Origin: Chrysomallon squamiferum | Taxonomy: Eukaryota > Animalia > Mollusca | Assembly: GCA_012295275.1 (NCBI GenBank) | Contig: CM022676.1 | Coordinates: 5,146,001 to 5,210,000, forward strand | Direction of reading: 5' to 3' | DNA: 64,000 nt | Shown: in pieces, positions 1 to 13,003 of the stretch | How positions within the stretch are numbered: position 1 is the stretch's first letter | Layout of the letters: every line of letters begins with the position of its first letter | The notes under the pieces: model-generated | What the model was told of the DNA's origin: nothing | The model's input: only the letters and a program-made list of their open reading frames with translations | The model's database searches: none | Program-made: the position numbers and the translations under genes

Positions 1-268
1 CTAATTATAATAAGAATTACAATTAAAAATGAACGATTGATATTAAAGACATATTAATATTAATAACACTGCCCGATATTAATTTTATTCACACTATTCA
101 TAATAATACTGTCCATATAATGCAAATATTTATATTAATACTATTATACAAATTATATTCAAAATATTCATATAATTTGCATTCTTGATAATACCGCCCA
201 CACCATATTAATATTTATCATATTAATATTTATCAAATTATATTATTCATGTATTAATCTCTACACAC

Positions 269-2144
269 CCTGTCCTCTTTAAATTTTCCGACGTATTTGT
301 GGTTGCTGTGTATCAGTTCGCCGTGGCCGTCACGCTTCCCGTTTACCCACGTCCCAATGTACTTTGTTCCAGTCTCCGCGTATGTGTAACACCCTTGACC
401 GTGTCGAACGTGGTTGGCCCACTCTCCTTCGTATGTGTCGTTATTCACATAATAATACTTTCCAAACCCACACCTCTGGTCTTCAACCCAGCTACCTGAA
501 GATTGTATAAAAAAAAATAATAATAATAATAATATTGATTTGAAATTCATATTTCTACGAATAATAATAATGATGATGATGATGATGATTAGATTTATTC
601 TGCACCAAAATAATTATTCTTAATTTTTTTAATTTATTTATCATTTTGTTGATATTATTATTACTTTATTTTATTTTATTATTATTACTTTATGTTATTT
701 TATTATTATTACTTTATTTTTTTTTTTTTTTTATTTATTCTTATAGGTATTATCTTGATTTTAACTGACAACAAATAATTTAAATGGTTTCTAATGTACT
801 GTATATTTAATTTCTAAATTTATAACCATAAGTTAGAAAAAATAAAGATTTTCAACTTGTTCAGTCTATCAAAACATTTTTTTTTAAAATGACATCCTCT
901 TATTCTTTTTATTATTTATAATACATTTCATACAAATTTTTCAGTATGTAAAATTCCTGCTAAACATATATACTTTTTTCTTCAATAATTGAGATATCTT
1001 GTTATAAATATGTTTTTAGTAACTGAAATATTTTACTATGAAATTTATTTCAGTAACTGAAATAAAGTGTCCTGCCATGAGAGTGAAAAGTAATGGATCT
1101 ATCAATATTTCAATAACTCACCCTCATATTTTGAACCATCTGGATATATAAACGTTCCCTGTCCATGTTTCTTATTTTTGGCATATTCACCAATATATCT
1201 GGCTCCATTCTTAAACCTGAAAATAAATAAACAGTTACAGAGAGACAGACAAACAGCTACATAGATAACTAAATATATAAACAGATAGAGAAGACAAACA
1301 AACAGAAAGCCAAATAGACAGACAAATAGATGATATAAATAAGAAAATAAAATATACTCTTGGAATATAAATATTTGTTACAATAATTTTACAATAATTA
1401 AATAAATAAAGAAGAAAACAGGCATTTTTATTCTGTTATTATTCTATAAATGCACAATTACACTCCCTCCTGTTATTTTATTTTATTTTATTTTATTTTA
1501 TTTTTTTTATTGGGAATGTTTTTGGAGGGGTTTGGAGGAAGGCAGTATAGTTCATAAGTCAGGTTCACATATTAAAACCACAAACATAATAAGAGAAAAA
1601 CAATTTATCCCACATTAACAAAGATAAGTTACGTACTGATATGTTTTACTTTAAGGTTTTAAAAACGTTTAAATAATTACCTGTACACTCCCTGTCCGTG
1701 ACGTTTTCCATTTTCGTAAAGACCTTCATAAGTATCACCATTAGGAAGAGTTGCTTTACCATGCCCGTGTCTTTCTTCACGTTCATTCCTCCCACCTTCA
1801 TATTCCTAGATAACAACACAACACTAACTTTATCATAAAGTATATAAAATTAATCGAAATTAATTATGTTCACATGAACCGTTTGTCATAACAATCTAAT
1901 CAAATAAATTTAACTTCATAAACTCTAGGTTTTAATTATTCTACTTTTGCATTCAAATTGTTTTGTTTTAAAAAATTACTTTGAAAGTACCACTAAAACT
2001 CAAAGCGTGCTGAAAATTATCGGTGTCATAATCGTACAACTGGCATGAAAATACTATATATATTAATAAACATTAAATCATTGCACTCACGCCCAAGTAA
2101 GGGCCCTGCTCCTCTTCCATCTCTTCAGAACCGATATCAGACAT
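269..2144 (-). CDS. RSPH1: Radial spoke head 1 homolog (MORN-repeat protein), exons 1-4; 3' end lies beyond the left window edge
   Basis: Exons 2144-2091, 1805-1681, 1216-1122, 495-269 have GT-AG ends and consistent phases. Translation [126 protein letters not shown]... closely follows vertebrate RSPH1 as recalled (MSDLGSEELEEE...[14 protein letters not shown]). Confidence 0.95.
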
Positions 2145-2238
2145 GTTGATGGTGAACTGTTACGAACAAAAGTGCACTAAAAATCCCCAAATCTCGATAG
2201 AGAACCTGAATTATTTACAAATGGAGATGCCAGCAACG

Positions 2239-2251
2239 GTTGCTATGAGAC
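2239..2251 (-). promoter_or_regulatory. RFX X-box upstream of RSPH1
   Basis: GTTGCTATGAGAC (reverse complement GTCTCATAGCAAC) ~95 bp upstream of the RSPH1 ATG, overlapping a half-site palindrome AGCAACGGTTGCT. RFX regulation of ciliary genes is established. Confidence 0.7.
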
Positions 2252-2317
2252 TGCCTCGCCTTCTGTAAAGGGCAATAACTCTTTGTTGTTTGTCAAATTA
2301 CGGTCTCGGAACACATT

Positions 2318-2356
<39 letters not shown>

Positions 2357-2411
2357 ATAGAAATGACGTAAAGCAGATGTGATTTACCGGTTAATAATTG
2401 AAATAATGAAA

Positions 2412-2444
<33 letters not shown>

Positions 2445-3239
2445 TTAATTTAATACCACCTAAATTAAATTAATTTGAAACCAGTCTTGATTATTAATGG
2501 GTAAATATAAATTAATTGTAATAGTTACTGTTAATTTTACCTTTTTTTTTTTTTTTTTTTTTTTTATCTGTTTGACATAATTAAATTAATTAGTTAATAC
2601 AAATCGTTCACTTAATTAATCAAGTAAATTAATCAATTAATAACAGTGTTTTTTTAAATTAAGTTATAACCATATTTTATATCATTTTATTGCTGCACTT
2701 TTCATGATGTTATGCTGAAATTAAAACATAAAAATATATTTCTATGATTGCCTGAATAGTTACATGAATTGACAACGATGCGTTGTTTTACGAAATGAGT
2801 CAAGCATTAATTAATGTATATATATTTTAATTTATTGTTATTATTATTGGTAGTAGAAGTAGTAATAGTAGTAGTTGTACAAGTTGCAGTGGTGGTTGTA
2901 GTAGCAGTATCATTGTCATTATTATTATTATGGTTATTATTAAAATTAGTAGTAGTAGTAGTAGTAGTAGTAGCAGCAGTAGTAGTTATAATATCATTGT
3001 CATTATTATTTTTATTACATACTTATGTTGCATTCATCGGAAAAATATAATTTTGAATAAATGAAATTTTATTTTTTAAATTCATTTATGAAAATATAAT
3101 TGTGAATAAATGAAATTTTATTTTTAAATTTTACGATAATTTTCATGAAGTAACTGTAAACTGTACATTTTGTTTAGTGTTTAGTTATTATTTATATACA
3201 CCACCTGAAGAATAAATTCAACAATAATTTAAACATAAA

Positions 3240-3560
3240 TAGGTTGAAAGTGAACGTAAGCTAATACCCGGACTCGCCTGATTGTTTAGTCCGTTTATAG
3301 ATCGAGTTCGTTAAAACTATCACAATTCATTATTTGGAGTTACTTCCCGTGCATTGCAAAAACAATCGACAAGTATGTGTTTCGCTTAATGATGGATTTG
3401 TTATTTATTTAATAGATTAAAACTGCACTGTTGGTTTATTTCAAAATAATATTTCCGAAAACACAAGGTCTAGTATAGCAAGTATGTAGCATCACTGTAA
3501 ATTTTAATCATATTTATAGGTATTTTTTCGCGCGAAGAGGCCCTGTTAAGGTGCTCGATT
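3240..3560 (+). promoter_or_regulatory. Probable promoter/first non-coding exon region of zinc-finger gene 1, divergent from RSPH1
   Basis: Local CpG enrichment in AT-rich flanks, an E2F-like palindrome TTTCGCGCGAA at ~3526-3536 and a downstream acceptor TTTTTCAG ending at 3971. Confidence 0.4.
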
Positions 3561-4645
3561 CATTAAAATGATAATTTTATTCATTATTTTGTTATTATTT
3601 TGACCACATTTTGTGGTTCCACTAAGAATCCATTAAATTATTTCTTGTTGAAGCTGTAATATTATATCAGCCAACTTTATAGTTTCTTGTATGTGTTTAT
3701 CAGTTTAAGGGATGGTATAAATGTGAAATAGTTCTTGGTTGTAATATATACAAGTGACCCATGTTGTTAAAACGCATATTACATTAGTCCTATTTAATAT
3801 TAAAAAAAAAAAAAAAACTGTTCAACATTTTATTATTCTAATTAATAAAAAACGAATAGCCTTGAAATGTAATTCATGAAAAATATAAGCAATTTGATTT
3901 TAAGAATGTTAAATCTACTGTCAAATTAATTTAATTTTGTAAAATAAACCTCTCTTCTTTAAATTTTTCAGAACATTTTTACTGTATGGGTAATCAAGAC
4001 ATGAAAACTACCTGTTTAAGAAGAAGAAAAATGAAAGACAATGATGGAAGCATGTATAAATTATTTTCTTTTCAGAAAGGGAAATGAATAAAAATAGCAC
4101 TGTGTTGTTTCACTTTATAATGGAATAAAAGATTAAAAAAAAAAATTGAAGTAATAATAATAAAAAGAAAATAATAAAAAATTCAGGTATCTTAGAAGGA
4201 GCATGAGATAAATATTTCTTGAAATTGCTCATGGAATCATACATAACATGACAGAAGATAAAATTAATAATGTTATTCAGTGATTTGAAATAATCATGGA
4301 TTCTAGTAATTGATCATCTTATGCAACAACACTGTGGAAAAATTGACAGAGGTACTCAGCTTCGTGAATATTCATATCTTCATGATAATACATTAGCAGA
4401 TGGCTCTGAAACTGTATCTCTAGTCATTTCTCAGCATTATGGAAACATATATATAGAGTAATCAGATAGAAATTAAAATTCCTGGAAACATTTCAGTATT
4501 TAAAAATCAAAGTTGACACAGCTGGAAAAGTTTACACAAAACTGAATCATCAGTGAAAATAAATGGTAATGAAGAATTTGGAACAAATTCTGGTTGCTAT
4601 GGAGATTCTGAGAAAAACAGTGCTGCTGAAAAGCATGATGCAAAA

Positions 4646-7140
4646 ATGTTAAATGTATCGGAGCAGCCAAGAAGAATAATAGAGAACAAAAACCTTGAAG
4701 ATGATGGTATTTTAAATTCAATGGTTACAATTAATGAAATAAATTCTGGTTACTGTGGTGATACTGAAAACTGCAATAAAATAAGTCAAAATACCAGAAT
4801 GTCAGAAATTTCAAACTGGCCCCAAAAAGCACCAAAGAAGAAAAAGTATCAAAATGAAAAAGATGAATTCATAAATTCAGTGGTTACAAACAGTGGTTGC
4901 CATGGTGATATGGAGACTACTGATGAAACAGAAGATAATGCTGAAATTTTGAAAAATTCAAATCAAACAAGAAAAGCATCAGCAAAGAAAAAGTGTGATG
5001 AAGATAATAATTTCTTAAACTCAAAACATGAAGTAGGAACTTGTCATCTCAAAACAGGAAATAGATTGGAGAACAGTTGTCACTTTATTTCTGCTGACAC
5101 AATAACTGATAGTGATCATTTGGATTCCATTAAAGCAAAGAATTTGGATGATCAGGTGTCAAGTAAAAAATACTCTTTGAGAAAAAGTCAAAAACGAGAC
5201 AGCAACTCGAAACATAAAGAAAAGAATAAAACAGAAAATATGAACAAAGTTGAAAGTTCAAAAAAGCCTCATTTGGATGCCAGTGAAACAGTTAAAAAAA
5301 GTGATTCAGGGAAGAAAAATGACAAACCAAAGAAAAGAAAAAGAAGTAAAATAACTAACAATAATAATTCTAGTAATATTACTGAAGATAGCGAGAGTAA
5401 AAAATTCCAGTGTCACATTTGTGGGAACTTATTAAAATCGTCAAGTGCGTTGGTCGTACACCAACGAATTCACACAGGGGAGAAACCATTTTCTTGCACC
5501 GTCTGCAACAAAAATTTCTCCATTAAGGAATCGCTGAATCGTCATTTGAGAACTCACACAGGAGAAAAACCGTACGTGTGTAACTTTTGCGGAGAATCGT
5601 ACAGCCAAGCAGCGTCACTGAAACGTCACACTGGACGTCATACGGGAAACTACCCGTTCAAATGTGACGTCTGCGACAAGCATTACGTTCAGCATTACGA
5701 ACTCGTTCTGCATCTCCAGTCGCACGCGGGAATTAAGAGGCAGAAACAGTGCGTTTGCGAAGTGTGCGGCACGATGTTTGTCAGCACGCGAAATCTCGTC
5801 CGACACGTCAGTTGGATTCACAAGGCGGAGAAACCGTTTGTGTGCGATGTTTGCGGAAAAGGTTTTCTGGAGATTAACAAGCTTACGACGCACCAGAGGT
5901 ATCATACAGGTATATCCCATTCCAACCCATCTCCCCCATTAAAATATGAAAATAAAATGAATGTGAGTGAGATGAAGTCATTATTTTCTTAAATTTTGTT
6001 ATGCATTTAAAATACTGAAAAATATTATAATAAAAAGATCTGATTATGTAAATCATGCCTTTTTTCCAATTCTAACCACTGCTCTGTTTTAAGATAAACT
6101 CATAATATTTTAAATGTGTTACAGTACCATTAATTATTCAAATTTATTTATTTCACATATATATTATCATAATTAAATTTACTTTTTATATATAAAGTGT
6201 ATTGATAACTGTCATCAAATCCAGAAATCTTCAAGTAATATTATCATGTATTATTTAACAAATATTGGTCATGCAAAAATTAACAGTTGCCTATGATTTC
6301 TTTTTAAAAATATTGTTACTGGTCCAACTTATAATTCAATTTTTATCTGTTATTTTTATCATTAGGCAAACATTTTTGATTAATATAAATTGTTCATCAT
6401 TACCTTTAGAGAGATTGTTTTTTATTAATTTTTCTCTTCTGATTTTAGCAGCAGTCATTAATAATTAATGCTTAACAGTTCAGATGGTGAAATTAATTAG
6501 TATATTTTAGAACTTTGTAGTTTTCTCAAATTTACATAATGATTTACAAAATTTTACTTAATAAATTATTTACTACAATGAGATCTATAATTTTTATACC
6601 TAACAATTAATGACTACCTATATTTAATTTTTCACCTGTTAATTATATCACTATCATCTAAACAAATTTTAATGACAATTTTTTTTTAATTTATTTTCAG
6701 GTGAGCGACCTTTCAGGTGTGTTACCTGCGACAGAGGTTTCGTAGACAAAGGAAATCTCCGTGAACATGTTAAAATTCACGATGAGAACGAAAGAAAGAA
6801 TTTTCAGTGTAACTTGTGCAACAGGAAACTTTCGAGTTCTAAAAGTTTATGTAGACATGTCCGAACCATCCACACAAAAGAAGATGTCTACACTTGCGAC
6901 ATTTGTTGGAAACATTTTGGGCAGACGGGAAATCTCAAGATTCATCGACAGCGCCATCATAAGGATGCTGTTGATCAAAATGGAGTGAGGAAGTCTGGTG
7001 CAAATGTGTCTGCTTCATCGTTTGATGATGATAATAATGATGATGTTTGTGAAACGTACATTTGTGAAAAAGACAAAGTTTATGTTGATAAGTCTTCTCA
7101 AGTTGATAGTAGTTGGTTGGAAAACAGTATAAAAAAATAA
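4646..7140 (+). CDS. C2H2 zinc-finger protein 1 (9 fingers, Lys/Asn-rich N-terminus); C-terminus probably extends to 7342 across a 1-nt frameshift
   Basis: Coding exons 4646(first in-frame ATG)-5909 and 6701-7140, with a phase-1 intron inside the HTG|ERPF linker. Six fingers in exon 1 (FQCHICG...HQRIH etc.) and three in exon 2 (FRCVTCD, FQCNLCN, YTCDICW). The start codon is uncertain. Confidence 0.88.
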
Positions 7141-7689
7141 ACGTTTTGAAAGTGATAAAATTCCAGAGATTGAGTTGGAGAATATGAAAAATTCTGAAAC
7201 TCTGTTGATCAGAAATAGTGGTATTGATCCAGATGCAACTTTGATAAATAGTAACAGAGTAAATGATACTGAAATCACAGAATCGGTTGGTAATAATGAT
7301 GAAAATGATAATTTGATGGACACATTTGATAAAAAGTTATAACAATCATCCTGATCATAAAAGAAACAAAACTAAATTGCATTTTCAGTGTATCAAAAAT
7401 TTAAAATTCAAAATTAGGCAGTTTTACATCCAGTTTACCAAATGGAGTAATTATTTTTTTTGGGGGGAATGGAGGGGTTAGCTTTTCAAAGTTTGTCAGT
7501 TAACACATAAAATGTTAAAACAGTAACTAACATTTTATTTACATGGACATAAATATACCAGTTTTGTTCATTTAAAACAAAATCCATAAATATTTTAAAT
7601 GAACACATTCAAATCATAGAAGACAAAAATGCTATAAAATTCAGATATTTTTGGGAATTTTAATTCTACAAACAAACTTACATCATACA

Positions 7690-8360
7690 ATTTATTAATT
7701 TTATTGTCTATGGCAGCTGGATGTTAATTCTAAAGATAGTGCACCATAGTGTTTTTGAAATGTCTAGAATCTAATTTAGCCTAACAACTAGCTGGTTTAT
7801 CTATTCAGCAATGCTGGCATTAGCTATAAATGTGTCTATGTAATAAATCATGTGTGAATGAAATCTTTGTGTGTTTAAAGTAAAAGAAAATTAAATATTG
7901 CAGTATGGTGTTTCCTAAATGTCTACATTTTCTAGCACTGGTTTAATGACCACCTACCTAGCAGATAGTGCTAATTTTAGTAAGAAGTATATATATATAT
8001 ATATGTATGAATGAAACATTTGTTAATTATATCTATTTTTAGTTTATTTAAAACAAGAATCATGAATATTTTTGAAGTTTTGGGCGTTTAATTTTATAAT
8101 CAAGCTTATATCATGCAACGTATTAATTGTCTTACCTGACTGTGGCAGCTATATGTTAATTATAAACATAGTATAGAAAATTAAGTATTGTCCTATAGTA
8201 GTTTTTGAAATGTCTAAAATCTATTCTAGGTCTAATAATACTAGCTTTAGTAAATAATATGTATGCATGTTTAAAAAAAAAAAAAAGCTAAATATTGTGG
8301 TATTTTTAAAATGTCTACAGTTTGCACTGCTCTAAAGACCAGCTAGTTTATCAAGTAGAT
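7690..8360. repeat. Degenerate local direct duplication downstream of ZNF gene 1
   Basis: TGGCAGCT..ATGTTAATT.TAAA.ATAGT...GTTTTTGAAATGTCTA.AATCTA occurs at ~7711 and ~8143; AAATATTG...AAATGTCTACA.TTT occurs at ~7893 and ~8290. Confidence 0.6.
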
Positions 8361-9239
8361 GATGTGGTTTATGTTTGTAACAAGCTTGTGAATATGTTTA
8401 TTCATGTGTATATATAGATGATAGTTTTGGAGAAAGATTGAGTACCTGGGATTCTTTTTTTTTTTGATTTTTTTTATAAGTTAGTTCTGTTACCTGCCTA
8501 TTCATGTATAATCATCATACATACAAACATATATAAAATAAAATGTAAAAATAAACAGAAATAAATAACTGACGTCTTGAAATTTTATGTTTAAAATATT
8601 GGATTCTTCCTTGGTAACACATCTGAATCATATTCATGATTTTTAAAAACTAAATTTGTAAAATATTTATTTGATAATTGTTTTTAAAAAGGTTAACTTT
8701 CAAAAATAATTTTTCAGATACTGTTAACACATACATTGTTCATGACATTAATTAATTTTAGCTTTACATATAGCTATATAAATACAGTCATACAAATTAC
8801 TTAAATAACCTTATTAAGAAAACTGCTTCAGTTAGTATATATATAAACCAGTAAATGATTCAAAACAAATTTCAGTTTGTGTCTGCCTCTTCCTTAATCA
8901 AACACACACATACACACAAATATATTAAAACAAAAACGGAACATTAATAAAATGTTTTTTTAATATTTACATTTTAAAAATTGAACAAATTTAATTTTAA
9001 AACTTCCTTTCAGTGTGAAAATGAAAATAAAAAAAGTATATTTACAATGATAAAAATGAAAACATTTTTCTCTCTAAAAAAGACACCAACACATGTATTT
9101 AAAAAATAAAACACATTAAAATCCATCCTTCCTAATCTGTTTGCATAGTGAGTAAAATCTGATGAAAAATTAATTCTAATTAAAACTATGTTCCGATATT
9201 TTATTTAGTGATTTGAGAACCCTTACAGGGCCTCAATGA

Positions 9240-9730
9240 TGTTATTACAGTTCCATTTCTGACTTCTCTGTTTTTACAACCACTACTTCAGCAATCACAA
9301 AACACTAACTTGTAACAGAATTTTTGGAGTATCATAAAACATTTTCACCAGTCCATTCAGTGCATGGGTATGATCTACTTCTACCTTACTTCAAAGTTTT
9401 GCTTTAGAAGTCATAATACATCTAGTTATAACAGAATCTCTGATATACTGTAGTTACAAATTACAATAGTCCAGTACAGTGCATGGGTTTCACTTTCTGT
9501 CATGGTTCAAAGTTTTGCTTTAGAAGTTATAATACATCTTGTAATAACAGAATCTGGTCTACTGTGTCATTTTTTTTTTTTTTTTTTTTTTCACCATATC
9601 ATCTGCTTCTATCATAACTCAAAATTTTCGTTTTTAAGTCACGATACATCTTGTTATGGTGCATTGTAAAAATGTTCATCTATACTGTACAATATCTGGG
9701 TCTCATCTACTTCTATCATTTGAATTTTAG
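9240..9730. repeat. ~110-120 bp minisatellite array, copy A
   Basis: Repeated core ATCTACTTCTATCAT..TTCAAAGTTTTGCTTTAGAAGTCATAATACATCTAGTTATAACAGAATCT, about 4 units. Confidence 0.8.
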
Positions 9731-10147
9731 CCATTAAATGTGACATCCATTTTGATCGAGAAAGTGTTAAAATTATTCTTTCTTTTCAAGTTTGTTTCAT
9801 CAAGAAATATATTCCAAGAAAAATTAAAGCCATAGAAATGTTTCAAAAGCTGCAGAACTTAAAATTGTGCTTCAATTAATATCCTTTATTTTAACCCCCA
9901 TAATAATATCTTAATAATTATCCAAAAATGTATTCCACAAAAATTTTATTTATTAAAATTCTTCAATAAATAGTTTTCTCACAGAAGTCTGTTGTAAATT
10001 ATACTTTTTTGATAAATATATGAAACTAATTTGATGTTACAATTAATTAAAAGTTATTTTTAAAATTGTTAAATAATGAGGATAAATTAATAATTTGTCA
10101 AATAAATGTTAAATCTATAATATTATATAATAATAATAATAATAAAT

Positions 10148-10179
<32 letters not shown>

Positions 10180-11028
10180 CAAAATACATAAAACAAAAAT
10201 AAAAGGTGAAGAAGACAATCAAGAAAGAACAGCAACAAAAATATAATTATTATAAAATAAAATGAATAAATAGTAAAATAATTTTAAAAGTTTAAATGTA
10301 AGTAAGAATAAACTCCAATTCATTAAAAAAATTCTTCTTGTACTGTATAATGTACAGATAAAATAAATTTTTTCAGTTTCCAAACTTCATCCAATAAAAA
10401 TGGATTAACAAATAATGAATATGAAAGATATTCAAGTAAGATGTTCTTGAAATAAAATAATTTCCAAATACCAATAAAGAATATGTACAATATTCAAATT
10501 CATTGTCCATTCAAAATTAACTATGAAACAATGAATATGCATAACATTCAAATATATTCATGGGCCAATCAAAATTAGTTCAAATAATGAATATGCATCA
10601 GTATACTGAAAATTAACCAATGACAACAAAATTACCAAACAAAAAAATATATATATGTATAATTGACCAATTAAAATTATATTCATTCATAATGGATTAT
10701 GTACGATTTTAAAATTTGACAATAATTAATTTTAAGATGTCAAGTTAAAAAGATTTCTGACACATAACAAAGCAAGCAATTATTTATATAGTAAAAAAAA
10801 AAAGTATATATTTATATATTATTTTTACTCAGTTTATTGCTGTAAGATTATATAAGCAGAATGTCACCATAACATTTTGAAAAATATTAAAATTAAACCA
10901 CATTATATAAGTATTCTTGTGAGAATTAATACTGGGGGTTAAAAATAAAAAAAAATAAAGTAATAATATGAATAATTATTCTGCAGCATCTTAACATATT
11001 TCAATATTTGTTTTAATTAACCTTTGCA

Positions 11029-11067
11029 GTTTCTATGGCAACTTACTTCCCTTGTTTATATGGCAAC
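11029..11067. promoter_or_regulatory. Tandem pair of RFX X-box-like sites between the two ZNF genes
   Basis: GTTTCTATGGCAAC (11029-11042) and GTTTATATGGCAAC (11054-11067), 25 bp apart. Confidence 0.5.
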
Positions 11068-12584
11068 AATTTTAGCAATCAAGTTATAATAAAACCTTTG
11101 ATTTATTATTAAAGTTTTCATCAGTTTAGTAAAATGCCAGAGTAACTACTACCTCAAAAACATAAAAAAAAAAAATAATATAATAATAATAATTTTACCC
11201 ACACATTTTAGCCTCTGAATTCTGACCTATATAATGACAAGCAGCTAAATACTGGACTGAAAGTGACAAAATACAAACATTTTTCAGGTGAATTTATTCA
11301 ATATATAAAAATGTATTTTGAAATAGTGTTTTCTTCAGTCTTGTTACATTATTTCTGGAAAAATGAAAATGAACTTATCCAGTGGAATGTTTTTTTGTTT
11401 TTAAAATAGAAGTATTAAAATATTAAACTAGAACAAATTGTATAATGAAATAAATTTTTATCATTTAATGGCACTATGTATATTTTATAAATAATTTTAT
11501 TTTTAAATCTTTTTAAAGAATTAAATGTTAAACTAAACAATCTTTCATAAAAGAAATCTAACAAAAACACAACAACAACAAAACATTGTGATAATAATAA
11601 CAATAACAAAAAAAAGAAATAAAACCAAATAAAACAAATTGTTAAAAATAAAATTAAAATAATTAATACACAAATGCATATATAAATTTTAAAATGAGAA
11701 AGTAACAAACAATTTTTCTTTCAGCTTTGAGACCATTATAAAAACAGCTTTAACAATAAATGGATAAATTAAAACAAAAATACATTTAAATCCACATTAA
11801 TTAAAAACATTTTTTCTGCGCAGAAATACGTTTTTTAACCAAATGTTATTATAAAAGCTTAAAAACACCTCAATGACTGATAAGATTATGGATTAAAAAC
11901 AAAATCTTATAAAATATTAAAAACAAACTCACCATCTTAAATAAAATCCCATTCTAAAATAAAAGCAATATGATATTTTCAAAAAATATCTTCGATTTTG
12001 TACTGGGTTTGAATTTTTGTGAAAATATTTATTTTTTTATTATTGTTATTTTTTAATTTCTTTATTTCTTTGTATTATTTGTTATCATAGTTATTTTAAT
12101 GTTTTTGAAGATGTGTCTTGTATTTTTGTTTTTCTATCTATTATACTTTTTAAATTTTAATTTTTAGTTCATCACTGTTATTTTATTCTTTTATTATTAT
12201 TATATTTTTTTTTTTTTTTTTTATGATACCTTCAAAACAGATTAATAAAAGCCCTTTGGCTTTTGAGTTTTAAAACATTTATAAAACAGTTCAAATATGA
12301 AGCTTTTCAAAGTTAGCTGAAAAACCTTTTCTTTCATTTCCAATTTAACATATCATTTTGAAAAGATGCTCTGTGATTCACAAGATACCCAACCTTTCAG
12401 AATGATTTTCAGTTCAAATTTACCCAGTATATTTGACTTATATTAATTACTGTTTATTTTTTGTTAACATTTCTGAAACATAACCTCCAAAAAAGTCGCT
12501 ATCTATCCACAATACTGATAAATCTAATTATTTCTTCCTTTCTTTTTTTTTAATATTTTAATATTCTATTTTTTTAAATTTGCT

Positions 12585-12928
12585 TTATGTAATATCTTCT
12601 ATTGCTTCTGTTTCAATCTGGTTTGTTTTCATCAAAGAAATAAAACTACCAAGGTCATGAAGGTCATTCACATTCACTTTGTCCTTGGACTCCTTATGCT
12701 GTCGAACATGCCGATGATGACTTCCGTAACTTCTGAAAGCTTTGGGACAAAATTCACACTGGTAAGGTGTTTCACCTGAAAAAGAAAAAAGTGCTGGTGA
12801 ATTTGGTTTTGTGTTACAGTGAAATCTGTCTTTAGAAAGTGGATCAAGCAGACCAATCACAATCATTTGTCTAAACAAGTCTTTCTCATTTTCAAATTGA
12901 AAAAAGACCAAGGGAAATAACTCTAAAT

Positions 12929-13003
<75 letters not shown>

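Noticed and set aside
4514-4516. In-frame TGA in the ZNF1 frame read as selenocysteine
   Set aside because: Non-conserved low-complexity context, further stops and shifts upstream, and no SECIS recognised.
7131-7140. Euplotes-style AAA-TAA programmed +1 frameshifting as a general feature
   Set aside because: The genes are metazoan with the standard code, and the other long CDSs need no such shifts. A homopolymer indel is simpler.
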